From assembly GCA_021432655.1 (NCBI GenBank), contig MU271275.1:62001-110396 (forward strand): a stretch of 48,396 nt of DNA. Direction: 5' to 3'. A program made the position numbers and the translations under genes. The notes below the pieces were generated by a model. That model had not been told where the DNA came from. It was given only the letters and a program-made list of their open reading frames with translations, and did not search any database. The DNA comes from Atractiella rhizophila. Lineage: Eukaryota. This document shows positions 34,949 through 46,967 of the stretch, piece by piece. Every line of letters starts with the position of its first letter. The stretch's first letter is position 1.

Positions 34949-37929
34949 TCAGAAGTTTAAGGCTCTTTCCATCAAATTAGCTCGAGCCGTCCATAACCTC
35001 AACCGTTTTCCAAAAATGAAGAGAGGAATCGTGAAAACAAGGAAACCGAGTTGAATCCCTCCTAGGGCAAGGAATACGCTCTTCGGACCAGAGTGCTCGA
35101 GCCAATGGTTGAAGAAAAGGGAGAATACAAGACCATGAAGAACGTCTGTATTGTGGATTAGATCAGGTGTTAGGGATGGAGTCAGTGACGAACTCTTTGA
35201 GAAGTTGAGGGTAACCAATGCTTCGCCGGCGTATTGACGATAAGAATCTACAGCGAACGTGATGGCTGTTGTCGACCCAAGCTGCACCTCTTAATAAGAC
35301 ATCTTTCACTCGATTGTGAGCGCAAACTCACAGTACAGCCAAAGGATATAATACCAAAAAAGACGGTAGGAACAATCCACGCATCCTGTTCCTCCACTGT
35401 TCACGACTTAGCATCTAATTACTTTCTCGCAATAAACTGCGTACCACTCCATCCGAAACCCATAAGACCAGTGACAGTAGCTAGAGCGATTGGGATGGCC
35501 ATCACCAAACGAAATTCCTGTTCAAAGCATCAATTCGCGACGCAGCGGTGCCAGAAGAAAGTGCAGGCTCACAGGTTCATATAGACCTCCATTCTTCTTC
35601 GACATGAATCTCACGATGATATCGCTTACTTTCCCTGCCACTGCAGTCCCAAGGATCCCAGCAAGGAACGGGCTGACATAGACTAGACCTGTACCCAAGG
35701 GACTGAAGTTGTAAGGCGGCGCTTGATAGACGTGCGCTACGCTTTCGGACAGGACGATGAGCCATCCGACGGAGCAGGCGTAGACAACAGTGGACCAAAG
35801 AATAGACGGGTAAGCGAAAAGGACAAAAGGTCGAAGAGCGACTTTAAACCAAGAATCAGAGCGCAAACGACCATTCCAAGGAGACAAGGTCTGACGGAAG
35901 GTCCGACGAGGAGCCTGGGAGAGTTGATGGGTGTACGCTTGGGAGAGTGGTAAGGTACGGAAGTAGGAGGTTGATGAATGAATGGAGGTGGAAGAATTGG
36001 CGTGGGGCAAGGGTGGACGCGTGGATGCCTTCTCGTTATCTTCTTCCTTCTCTCCCCCAAGATCTTCGTCTTTTTCATCCAGTCCTTCTGCTTCTTTCTC
36101 CTTTTCCGCAGCTGGAGCCGGTCCTTGCTCGAATATCTGGAACGCAACCCTGGCACTTGGATCCTGACGCTCCTCTCCCCTGCCTCTCAAAATGGACGAT
36201 ATGCTCCTGACCGTTTCCTGATTACGCTCGATATTCCTCTGCTCCCTCTCCTTCCTCTCCTCCTCTCCCTCTTCCTCATCGCTTTCCGCCTCAACCTTCA
36301 GCTCTGGCACCCTGCCACTCTTCGCACTTGTAGTTCGGCTCCTCGTATGTACGGAACCAGAACGACGATCATGTTCGTGAAGGGCATGGACATCATCCTC
36401 CAAATCATGTTTTAGCTCGGGAAACCTTCCCCGCATCGCCTCGACCTCTTTCAACTCGTTCTCGAGGACCTGGGCCGCTTCTTCCTCCGTCAAATCGACG
36501 TGAGAACCACGACGAGAATGTAGTGGTGGTGTGGGTGGAACTGAGTTTGGAGCGGAGGACTTGGGACGGTGAAGAGAGACGGCGGAAGCCATGCGCTGCA
36601 AAATGCCATGTTTCTCCTTTTCATGCGTGATTTGACGCGCGCGGGGAGTTCGATCCCAGAAAGTCTCAGGGACAAAGATGAAGAGAAGGAAAAAGTTGAA
36701 CCCGACGATGATGGCGACTACCCTACATAGCTCTCATCAGCATTGCGACGATGGGGAGAGACGGAGTAAGCGACAAACCAAAAGACCCATCTCCACCCTT
36801 TCGCGTTGATGATTACAGCGCTGACAAGCGGTACCAAATTCTTGCCTCCTAGCAAGAGGAGAGTATAAATACCGACACGATAAGCTCTTTCGTGCAAGAA
36901 GAAGATCTCTGCAATAGTGGCTGAAGGCAGAGCTTCACAAGGCGAAACGCCGATGCCCATAACTATTCTCGCCAACAAGAGGGAAACGTAAGACTGCGAC
37001 GCGGCCGCCCAAACGGAGGATGCGCAGAAGAGAACGACCCCAAAGAGGTAGACGGGACGTTTTCCGAAAAGGATGGCTGTTGGCGAGGCGATTATGCAGC
37101 CCAGCCCAACACCCATCATGTACAGTCCTGTGGTGAGCGCAACATCCGGAATTGACACGTTGAAGGTTCGCGATACGTCCTCGAATCCAGCAGCAAGCAG
37201 AGGGGTTGCACCGCCTGCACCAAATCCAGGCCCAGACCATCAGCAGGTGCTTCATAGCACAAGTAGGGGAGAGATAGCACAAAAAGTATGAGGTCAGGGA
37301 AAACGACGTACCTCCTAGTAGACAGTGCCAGCCTAAAGCGAATAATGCACAGTCTCTTCTCCAGGATGGCCAATTGAGGGGATCATTCGCCGAATCCTCC
37401 GGTTGAGGATCAAGGATGATGTTCCCATCTGCTGTCCGCTTCTTTTCCTCATGGACAGCGGCTGTAGCACCAGTTGCAACCGAAGCACGCTTGGAATGAT
37501 CGCCTGTATGTGAATGGGAGACCGCAGTTGAGGAACGATGAGGTTCAGAGCGCGAAGAGGTTCGTGAGAGAGAATGCTGTTGCGAGTGATGCGAGTGGTG
37601 GGAATGTGTGCGAGAGAGAGATAGACCAAGAGGAGCTTGATATGTTTTGACGGAGTCGAAGAGGAGGACGGAACCTTTACGATTCCACCCATCCAGTCTT
37701 TGAATCTTGGAAGCAGAGAGGATCAGAAATACGAACCTGGTACCTCCTCCGTGTCAGGAGGATTGAGAACGCCTAAAGACCATCGAGGTATCTGAGGCTG
37801 ATATCCATCTTCCTTTTGCGTGGGAGAGGAGGAGGGAGTCTTTCTCTGGAATAGTGACCAACGCTTCTTGGGAGAAACAGCTGCAGTTTCAGGTGGAGAA
37901 GCAGCTTGCCCCGAGTCTTGAGGAGACAT
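34949..37929 (-). CDS. MFS transporter (DHA1/Hol1-like) with a long central acidic loop, multi-exon
   Basis: GLYMMGVGLGCIIASPTAILFGKRPVYL...ARIVMGIGVSPCEALPSATIAEIFFLHERAYRVGIYTLLLLGGKNLVPLVS...WRWVFW...RPFVLFAYPSILW...YEP...AVDSYR...FGKRLRLWT. Confidence 0.9.
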
Positions 37930-38832
37930 TTCTAATTCTGATACGTCGAGACGAATACGTAGCGATCGTTCTCACACAGTCTTGCGAGTGCGTGAATGAT
38001 AACAGTCCTGGCTTAAAGATCCAAGTTAGCAGATCGCAGCCATAGATGCATTTTGGGTTTGGATAGCGCATCATGGGTGCGCTGTAACAAAGGTCATGAC
38101 ACCAAGATTACCTTGTCATTTGCGATCTGAGAAAGGTTTTGATGCGTGATCTGTGCCATCGATATGCAGCTCTGTCACAGCTTGCTTGACGTTGCCTCTC
38201 AAGCTCTCCAGGCGCTCACACCAGAATTGAACCCACTCATCAAGAAGACAGAAATACACACCCAAATATATATGCCAATAACAATGTTCGAGCTCTACCA
38301 AGGTATCTTCAATGGCCCTTTATTGAAGCGACCTGTTGAGGCTGGTGCATGTAAGGGGCGAAACTAGGTAGAAGTGGGATGGGGAGTCGTTATTATATTC
38401 GTTCTCTAGTAATCGATTGACACCGTCAGACCCTGAGAAGCCACTTGAGACCGTTGCTGGACCTGAGAAGCCCCTGAGAACCTCTGAACAGATCCCGATC
38501 ACTGGTGGCTAACACGACGCTAATAATGGGATGCAGAATTCCGACCGCCCTGTAACTCCAGGAAGCTGATGAGGTCACTTAGCTTGGCTAAGGATGCATG
38601 TTTACTGTCTGGCCAGTCATTGAACAATCCCAGGTATTTTTCACTTTCATTTTTGCAAGAGCTTGCTAGTAGGGTAGCTGAGACGGAAGTTCGCCATCCA
38701 GCCCAAAATGTACACAGTTACTCCTTTGCATCTCGTTTTGTTCCCTTTTAATCTTGATAATACATTCTTTGAAGTGTGAGACTATTCGCACATCCCATTT
38801 GCCCTGCCCAGCGGATGAAATGCGAGCCCCAG

Positions 38833-39107
38833 TCAGGCCATCTTGCCCCTGTGGATGGCGATGCGATCGTGCTTCGTCCAGGAAACTTTGAATGTAGCCT
38901 GACCACTGCTCACTGAGACGCTAGTGTCGCATTCGCTCAATCCTCCCGAGTAAACATCACTATTTAGTGCGATTCCATCAGTTTCGTTAGGCTGTTCAGT
39001 CTGGTAAGAGTATGAAACTTACCGGTACGTTCCATCAGCAAGACCAGTCGTAAATGTGGCGTCCCATGTCCCATCTTCATTGTTGATGGCGACCCATCCT
39101 AGTCCGT
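38833..39107 (-). pseudogene. Relic of a GH13 alpha-amylase C-terminal (beta-sandwich) domain
   Basis: Two exons: GLGWVAINNEDGTWDATFTTGLADGTYR|DVYSGG...VSVSSGQATFKV...IAIHRG*. This matches the GFVAINN..W..TF.T.L.DG.YCDV...AIAIH.G pattern. The conserved Cys is Arg, and I saw no catalytic domain upstream. Confidence 0.65.
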
Positions 39108-39695
39108 CTATATAGTGTATAGTCCATCAAAGGATCGCTGGAATCCACATGATATCAACCCACAACCATTGTCTGTCTGACTACCTGGAAGATATACAAA
39201 TATACCTCGGACAAATAGCTCGAAAGGTGGAATAGGTGGATGTCAGCGTCAGCGACCATCAACGTGCAGCTGTTAAAGATCTGCGGTAACATCACCTCCA
39301 TGCTTTTGCTATGACCTTTGATAGAGATGGAGGGCTGCTGATGGAGACCGTCTTCGCTCCACAGGTATCATCAGCTTCAGATCGTCAGATCGACGAGTAC
39401 CCCATCGCATGTGCCGCAATTTTGCAGTCTCAGACTGCAGGACTCCAATGACGTTATGCACTCACTCCCGCTGCGACTGCGGTCTGCATTAGAGTAGTAT
39501 CTGGGTTGGGGAGAAGGGTTTGAGGCGATGGAGGGATTGATTCACGGAGTTGTAATTATGTGCAATAAATAGACCTCGCATTGGAGAAGGGGTTTCATTG
39601 AAGCAATCAGCGATTTTTCATTCCAGAGCTGTCAGCGTAGGGGCTAAAATGTAATGAGCAACAATTTGTAAGGTCACGATAGGGAGGAAAACACA

Positions 39696-41416
39696 CTATG
39701 CACTCAAATCTATCTCAACGTAATCGGTCTGGGACCTGTCCTGTTTTGCACCGACCAAAGCTCCATCTCTACCAGCTTCCAACGTATCGACGATCGAGCC
39801 TCTCTCTACAAAGAATTTCAGTCTTTGTTGGGTAAAAATAACAGGTATTTACTTCTTCTGCGCCGTTGTTCTAACCAAGTAGCAACAACCCCAATACCTA
39901 TGGTCCACAGCACCGAGAACGTGCTGAATGTACCTGTAACCTAGTCTTCGTTATGTGATCGGTAACCTGACCAGAGCGCTCACCGATGAAGACGCTAGAA
40001 ATAAAGGTCCCCGTTGGTTTTCTTCGGAAGATAGGACAGAGATAGTTGTGAAAGATTACAGCAGGGTATACTTTCTGGGATAACGGTAACTCGATGGACC
40101 CCTTGACTCCGGCTGAGGGATCTCTGATCAGATTGAGTAATGACAGAGTGGCAACTCACAACTGACTGCCTGCAGGAAGTTTTCCGCCCAGGTTGTCGGG
40201 CTTATCCCAAGTCTCCAGCTTGGCCTCGACTGTCCAGCTTGCGAAGGATCGACCCTCAATATACTAGTGAAGGCAGTCGCATTTGTAAAGATAAGGTCTC
40301 TCGTCCCATGCCCCAAATCAAAAAGAGCAACTTGGTGCAAGGCGTTGAAGTAATTCATAACAGTAACATTGAACGCGTCGAGATAGCTTCCCATGGTCGC
40401 CGAAGGATTTAAGTTGTCATCTGTGAGCTGCTCAGCGCCGAAGAGCTCTCCAGTTCGAACTTCTGCAGAACCCACGAGACGAAGCGCGGAAGCCGTTTCG
40501 TTGCATGCAATTCCAGATAAAAAGCACTCTGGCCAGAAGCGCAAGTGGATTTTCTGCAGCCCCGTCCTTGCGGTAGCGTCAAAACTAGAAGAGATGGCAC
40601 CGAGGAAATCAAAAGAAAGACCGTCGAGGACAAAAAGGATCTGGGTACGAGCTGGTGTCCCACGGTTATCTCGGAAGACAATGAGAGAATCTTCGGACTG
40701 GTCATCGATCAAGACCCAGTTTGACGTTGCGGCTATCCAGAACGGGAAAGGATATGTGCAGTGCATTTGAAGCTGGTTACATAAAAATGGATGAGCAACA
40801 GCACTTCCTTCACGATGGTCCTACCTTAGTATCGATCCGCTGTTGGGTAAGGTCGATTGATCCATAAACCTCGGAAATGTAACAGTCATTTCCCAAAGGG
40901 TTGTTTCCATAGACAGCAGAACTGGCATCGGGACTGGTGTTGTCCGTTAAAGCTTCAAGGATGCTCCACGTGAAGACACTTTGATTCGTCCGAAAAGAGT
41001 CTCCGGTCTCTGTCTCCATCAGCCTCCTTGTCACAGTAGTAAAGAAGCAAAGACACACGTAAGCTGTAAAGATCACAATTCCCTGCAGTCCTGCCAAAAA
41101 CTCTGCCATCTCCCCACCAGTAGGACTCTCGATCATCCGTCACATTGGGATCAATTTTGTTGATCGAAACGGATTCGTATCCTGTCGTCTTTGTCAGTCG
41201 GCCCTATCACTCATCCCTCTCGTACCTTGAAGGATAACTGTAAGGTATGTGTAAGCTTTTCCACAACGAAAGGATGATGTACAAACCGTTAGTCAGCGCA
41301 ATGCCAACGAGTGAGGTGATTGCAAGACTAACAACGACCGGCGTGAAATAAGGGAGCGTAAATGGCTCCGTCTTTGTCCAACCAAACTGATAGGTAGGGA
41401 TATACTTTCGCATCAT
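39696..41416 (-). CDS. Uncharacterised basidiomycete membrane protein (N- and C-terminal TM segments flanking a Cys-containing, N-glycosylation-site-rich luminal domain), multi-exon
   Basis: MMRKYIPTYQFGW..EPFTLPYFTPVVVSLAI...GDSFRTNQSVFTWSI...YGNNPL..C...HNYLCPIFRRKPTGTFISSVFI|GTFSTFSVLW...RRR|KRGS...DLSA*; GT-AG introns keep the frame where checked. Confidence 0.75.
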
Positions 41417-42244
41417 ACAAACAGACCACCTTTGAAGTTATACAAACTGAAGGGTATTCGATCTGTTGAGGCCTTCAAGACCAAGAACCGATCCACGGCT
41501 ATATTCCCTTGCAAGCTTAATGCCACTGCCAAGACCCACAACTGGACGCGAAAGCTCTCTCAGAATGACAAAAGTGGTTCAGACAACCTTGGGGAAGAAC
41601 TGGATTTGCGAGGGAGAAAGCATATATTGTAACGGAGCTCCGCCCTTGGCGGCGCACGTTGGCCGCAAATCAGAGCAGCTGTAAAGGAGGTCGCGGTCCG
41701 TCATTGCTTGTTCATCGCAGAGACGCGCATCATCCAAGCTCAAGCTCGAATTTAGAATTTAGAGCCTAGACCCAGCCTGGACAGCTTTGAATCGCCAGTT
41801 TGGTGGATCATCCGGTGGACTCCGCGTTAAGTTTTGAGCTGTAAGTACGTCAACAAGCTTCATAGCATGTCACAATTTCGTCGATGGCTAAGGATCAAGA
41901 TCAATACGTCCACGCTTGGCATATTTGCGTCGGTGAAGAGGAAGGAAGCGCGCCAGAGAACAGGCGTTCACCTTTGGCGCCTGTTGTAACCTGTCAGGTT
42001 CCCCGTCTCTCCTGGTTCTAACACTGAATCCCTTTCGATATTCGAGCTTTCATGCTCAATGTAAACGCATACAAAAGTTGGAAAAGCAACACACAACACA
42101 CGTTCAAGTTTTGAAGAGGAAGCACGGTCATGTGACACACCTTTTTGGGAACCCTGACCCTAAATCTCGCTCTTTTTCTTTCCAGCTGGAGCCTACTCCA
42201 TCCATTTCTCATCTTTCTGCCAGCCAACTCCTCGAGCGATCGCC

Positions 42245-43949
42245 ATGTCTCCTACAGCCTTCTCTCTCAAAGGTCTTGGCCTCAAATTTGACGATGGTGC
42301 TTCAATCGCACCGCAACTCGCGCAATTGAAAGAGATCAAGGATACTGTTGAAGATGTCGATCTCAGTGGCAACACCTATGGGATTGTAGCGTGTGAGGAT
42401 ATTGGGAAGGCTTTGTCGGAGTGTAAAAATCTCAAAGTGAGTTTTGCGTGAATATTAAAAGGTACAGGCCAGTGTAGGAGCTGTTGGTTGTCTGAACTTT
42501 TCGCGCTTGTGGCTCGCCGATTGCTAGTCGCCCACATTCCCTTTCAGGCCATAGCTCCCAAATTTACAGCGAAGGTTGATGTGCTGCTTCTCGGTTATAT
42601 TCCATGCGCTTCATTCAGATAACAAGCATCAAACCGCCTCCACAGTGCATTGCTCTCGTGCCTTTGCCTGATTACAGTCAGTCTCAGTAAGGGCAAGGAA
42701 AATAGTCCTTTTGCTGCCATGTACTGTGTTCATCTTTTGCAGTAGGCTGGAGAACTTATCATTGAAAGTCGCGCCTGTTCCGCTTGCAACTCCGACTTTC
42801 TGATCCATGACTGACCAATTCCTACCCAGAAAGCGCAATTTGACGACATCTTTACCTCGCGTTTAATCACAGAAATTCCTTCCGCTCTTTCCTCGTTATG
42901 CGATTCCCTCCTACCTCTTTCCTACCTCACATCCGTCAATTTATCCGACAACGCGTTCGGTGGCCGCGTCGCCTCTCCAATGGTTCCCTTCCTGTCGTCG
43001 CATCTCCCACTTGAAGAGCTCATTCTTTCGAATAACGGTCTTGGGCCCGAAGGTGGAGCCGTCGTTGCTGACGCCTTGACAGAACTTGGACGAAAATCGG
43101 CTCGCAATGGAGGGAGTCGATTGCGCCGGCTCGTGTGCGGAAGGAATCGATTAGGGATCGAATTGAAGGAGAAGGGTCTAGTGGAAGGAAGCAGCGAGAA
43201 GTGGGGAGAGGTATATAAGGTGCATCCTAACCTCAAAGAGGTCAGAATGTATCAGGACGACATTCGGATGCCAGGAATCATCATGATTCTGAAGGGTTTG
43301 AAGAATTGTCACAAACTAGAACTCATAGACTTCGAGGACAACACGTTTTCGGCTTATGGTCCACCTAAATCGATCAAAGGCGTCAAGACCGTCGCTGCAT
43401 ATCTAAAACATTGGCCGAACCTTAAGGAACTCTGCCTTTCCCAGTGTCTCCTGACCACTCCAGGTGGACTAGTCCTCACAGCCGCTCTTTTGGAAGGCAA
43501 GAATCTTCAACTCACGTCCCTCAAGTTGCAAGGGAACGAGCTTTCCGAATCCGTAGCCTCCAAACTTGTACAATATCTCAAAAATCCTGTGGGCAGCAAA
43601 GTGATGAAGGTGGAGTTCAACGATAATCGGTGTCGAGATATGGAAGATGTCGAGAATGGAGTAGGTGTTTGGGGCGAGCTTAAGGAAGTAATGGAAGACA
43701 GGGATGGAGAGTTGGACGAACTAGAAGAGATGGAGGAATTCGATGAAGAGGCAGAAGAAGAAGAGGAGTTGGCTGACGGTACGTTCATAACATTAGATTG
43801 GATGAAAGAATTAAATGAAGCGGGATGGGGTTTTAGACACTGTTTCCGAGACGGAGGAAGAAGGAGCTAAAGCTAAGACCGCAACATCCGACAAAGAGGT
43901 AGACGAGCTTGCGGAACTGGTGGGAAAGATCGGCATTACTGGACTGTAA
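42245..43949 (+). CDS. RNA1: Ran GTPase-activating protein 1 (LRR)
   Basis: FSLKGLGLKFD...VDLSGNTYG..AC|...DIFTSRLITEIP (catalytic-loop region)...NLSDNAFG...LSNNGLGPEGG...LVCGRNRL...LEEMEEFDEE acidic tail...VDELAELVGKIGI; 3 exons. Confidence 0.93.
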
Positions 43950-44357
43950 ATACAGAGTCTTACATAGGAACTACAACCGTCGAAGATTTAGACTTAATCG
44001 CCATGTTGGATTCGTATACAATACAGTGTTGACCACTTTTTCAGTACCTTCACTCAGAGACGTCTTTATGTCAAGTCCGCCATCTGTTACTGAGGCCTTC
44101 AATTTGTAGTTGAGTCGCCTGTCTCGTTCTGTTGGAGAAAAATGCTGCGGAGAAACAAAGGGCTCTTGTTCAAGGTGAAATACACCCAACTTGTACTTTG
44201 TTGACTCTTAGCAGTTCTTTATGCAACCGCAATCCTTTAAATCGACGGACTGTATTGTTCAATACCCCATTCAATTGATCAGTCATCTGTCGACTTCTGT
44301 GTTGCTAGCTTTGATCGTGCTTCGATCTTCACACCTGGCACTCTGATTATTTTAGTG

Positions 44358-45983
44358 ATGGGTCGCTTATCTCATTCCTCATCAAGTGGTCTGACTCAAA
44401 AGAAGATGAAACCGGAAAGAAAATCGATAAGCGATCATGTTTGGGGTGGGTTGCCTCCATGCATTCGGCGAGCCCTCCATATTATTCACATCAAACCAAG
44501 CCCCTCTGAGAAACATTTCATGAGCATTCTGCCTCAAGCCCTTGCTCATCCTTTGGAACCTCCCTTTGCCGCTGGATACGATAGAATTTCTGCACATCCC
44601 AATCTTTTACGATCTACTCTTCGCCTTGCAGTGGCGAAATCAGCAATTTCTGATGATTTCGAGAGTGGCAAGGAGATTCAGCATTTAAGAGGATATGTGG
44701 AATGGGCCATCCTTAATATGTTGAGCCATTTGAAGGAAGCACAGGCAGCGCGGAAAGTTGTAAACTCGTGAGTCCACCTTCGTGACAATTTAGTCTGAGC
44801 GTCTATAAGGACCATTCCTTCCTTCTCCAATCCGGTCCCTGACAATAATATGTTCTGTGGAGCATTTCTTCTCGCCTGTGCTGCCGTCGGACTCTCTGGA
44901 ACCTTAGAAGATTTGATCCAGTACACCTGCACAGCTACGCACCATATGGTCGAGCTCAAGCTTGTACGTTTTATTCTTTTAAAACAAAGTACTAATTATA
45001 TATTTAGGCGTGGAAGGTATTGCTTCAATGTCCCCTTTACATTACTTTTAACTGTCAACAACAGGATCCTTCTTTCGAGAGAACACTAGCACCTGCTCCA
45101 ACATCTTCCCGTAGCCCGCCAAGTTCTCAAAATCGAAGACGTACGCGCCGTTTCGAAATATAATTAGTGCTCATGTGTCTTACAGGTCAAAAGCTTACGT
45201 TCCTCAATCCAGACGACGTGCCACCGCGCTTCGTCGCCCTCCACCGTATCCCACAGCGACTGGAACTCATGACCAAAGTCGACGTTGAGCACATGAACCG
45301 CAAGGCTTTTGAGAAATTGGTCGCCAAGTGGTCTTCTCCAAGACGTTTTCGTCCTTCTATTTCTGCCTACCTCGACGTATCCATCTCGGCTAGACACGAG
45401 CCTCATCCTCCCCGACGTGATCATAATCCTTACACCCTAGTGCAAACTGCTTCCCGGAAGTTCACCTCCGACGATGACCCCGCTTTTAAGCCCAAGGAGA
45501 GCTGGTTTGCCATGATGAAGGAGTATCAGGATCAGCTGCTTAGAGACTATCTCCTAGCAATTCCCGTATGTAAGATGGCGTTGGCACAGTTGACGACAGA
45601 GTGAGAAACCCTGACTTCAAATCGTGACCTCTGCTAAAGGTGGATCAGGAATGACGGATTCGAATTTCGGAAGTGGGCGACCACGTACTCTAAAAGCCGT
45701 CTTGTCGCTTATTGCGTCTTGTCAGCTTCTTTACGACATGGGCCTGGAGCTGACAGGGAGCTCATGATAAGTTATATCCGTGCTTCAGTTGCAGCCATGT
45801 TTAGTTATCGTTTTACGCTGAACGTAAGTTGTCCTCCTTGCTAATGTTGTAGCGGAAATCATGTTATATTTACAGTTCCACGACTACTACGAATGGAAAG
45901 AGCTTTATCCAGACACCGGTGACCTCGAATATTCCGCTCTAGAAACACTGAGAGAAGTTGTCGAAGAGAACGAGGAGAACTGA
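44358..45983 (+). CDS. Hypothetical protein, ~7 exons including a 9-nt microexon (45008-45016); start may lie further upstream
   Basis: Consecutive GT-AG-bounded exons join in frame: ...ARKVVNS|TIPSF...VELKL|AWK|DPSFER...|QKLTFLNP...LTTE|NDGFEFRKW...FTLN|FHDYYEWKE...NEEN*. No known domain recognised. Confidence 0.6.
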
Positions 45984-46863
45984 GTCGTTCTGTATGGGAT
46001 CGGTTCTTGTGTCTTGATTCTTCAGATATCAGGTTGATTGCCGTATGTGCTAATGAGAAGACACGGACTGTCACAACGGATGGCATGGTTATCATATATC
46101 ATAATTGCATATTTCTTGGACACTTGAGGTAAGAATCCCTGAATGAAAAAGCTGGAAATATGACTGTGCAGAAATATTTACACACATCCATTTACTGAAA
46201 GGATGATAATTCAAACGAACAATCAGACGTAACGTGTTATCACATGATAGAACAGCAGCAACCTCCCTTGTGCTGACCGTCATTCTGTTGATTAGTCAGT
46301 AAGAGCTCATATATTGATTGAAGTCTCACCCTCCATTCCACTTTGCTTCCTTCGGATTTGGCGCGTTGCCTTATTCTGTCATGATACTCCTTTGCAGTCA
46401 ACGGCGGAGGGAGATGGGGCTGAGGATCCCTGAACAGAAATTTTAGTTTGAGATGAATAGATAGTAGGAGACGGCAACACACGTAGGGGACCTTGATGAG
46501 GAGAAGGATGGCGAAGAGCTGTTGCTTGTTCTGCGCAAAAGTGAATATCTGCAAAGAGATGTGATGACATATGCGCACGCGGCAACTCTCCCTGACGGGA
46601 TGTAGGCCGGATTCACGTGGGATACTGAAGGAAAATGTGACTGCTGCTACGGTCAACAAACATGCTAGGTCTCGTGTAATACCTAATCCGCTGTTATTGC
46701 TTCAAGAGATATATTGAACTACATACTGATCTTGGTATCACCTAGACATCTTGAGCGGAAATCGTGGTTCAATGGTTCATGGCAACGGAGGAAGCCCTGG
46801 CTTTATACGGATCGTGTCAAAAGATAGTACTCTGTTAGACTCTTTGCCTTTACAGTCCACGCC

Positions 46864-46967
46864 ACGAACGCAAACGTCATCGGTGAATTTATGACTGGCA
46901 CCAAGGTCCATGTAACGAACGCAAACGTCATCGGTGAGTTTGTGACTAGCACCAAGGTCCGTGTAAC
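46864..46967. repeat. Tandem duplication, 2 x 51 bp, diverged
   Basis: acgaacgcaaacgtcatcggtga(a/g)ttt(a/g)tgact(g/a)gcaccaaggtcc(a/g)tgta at 46864 and 46915. Confidence 0.9.

Noticed and set aside
38430..38490. Short ctgagaagcc repeats
   Set aside because: Two or three degenerate 10-mers with no structure or recognisable function.
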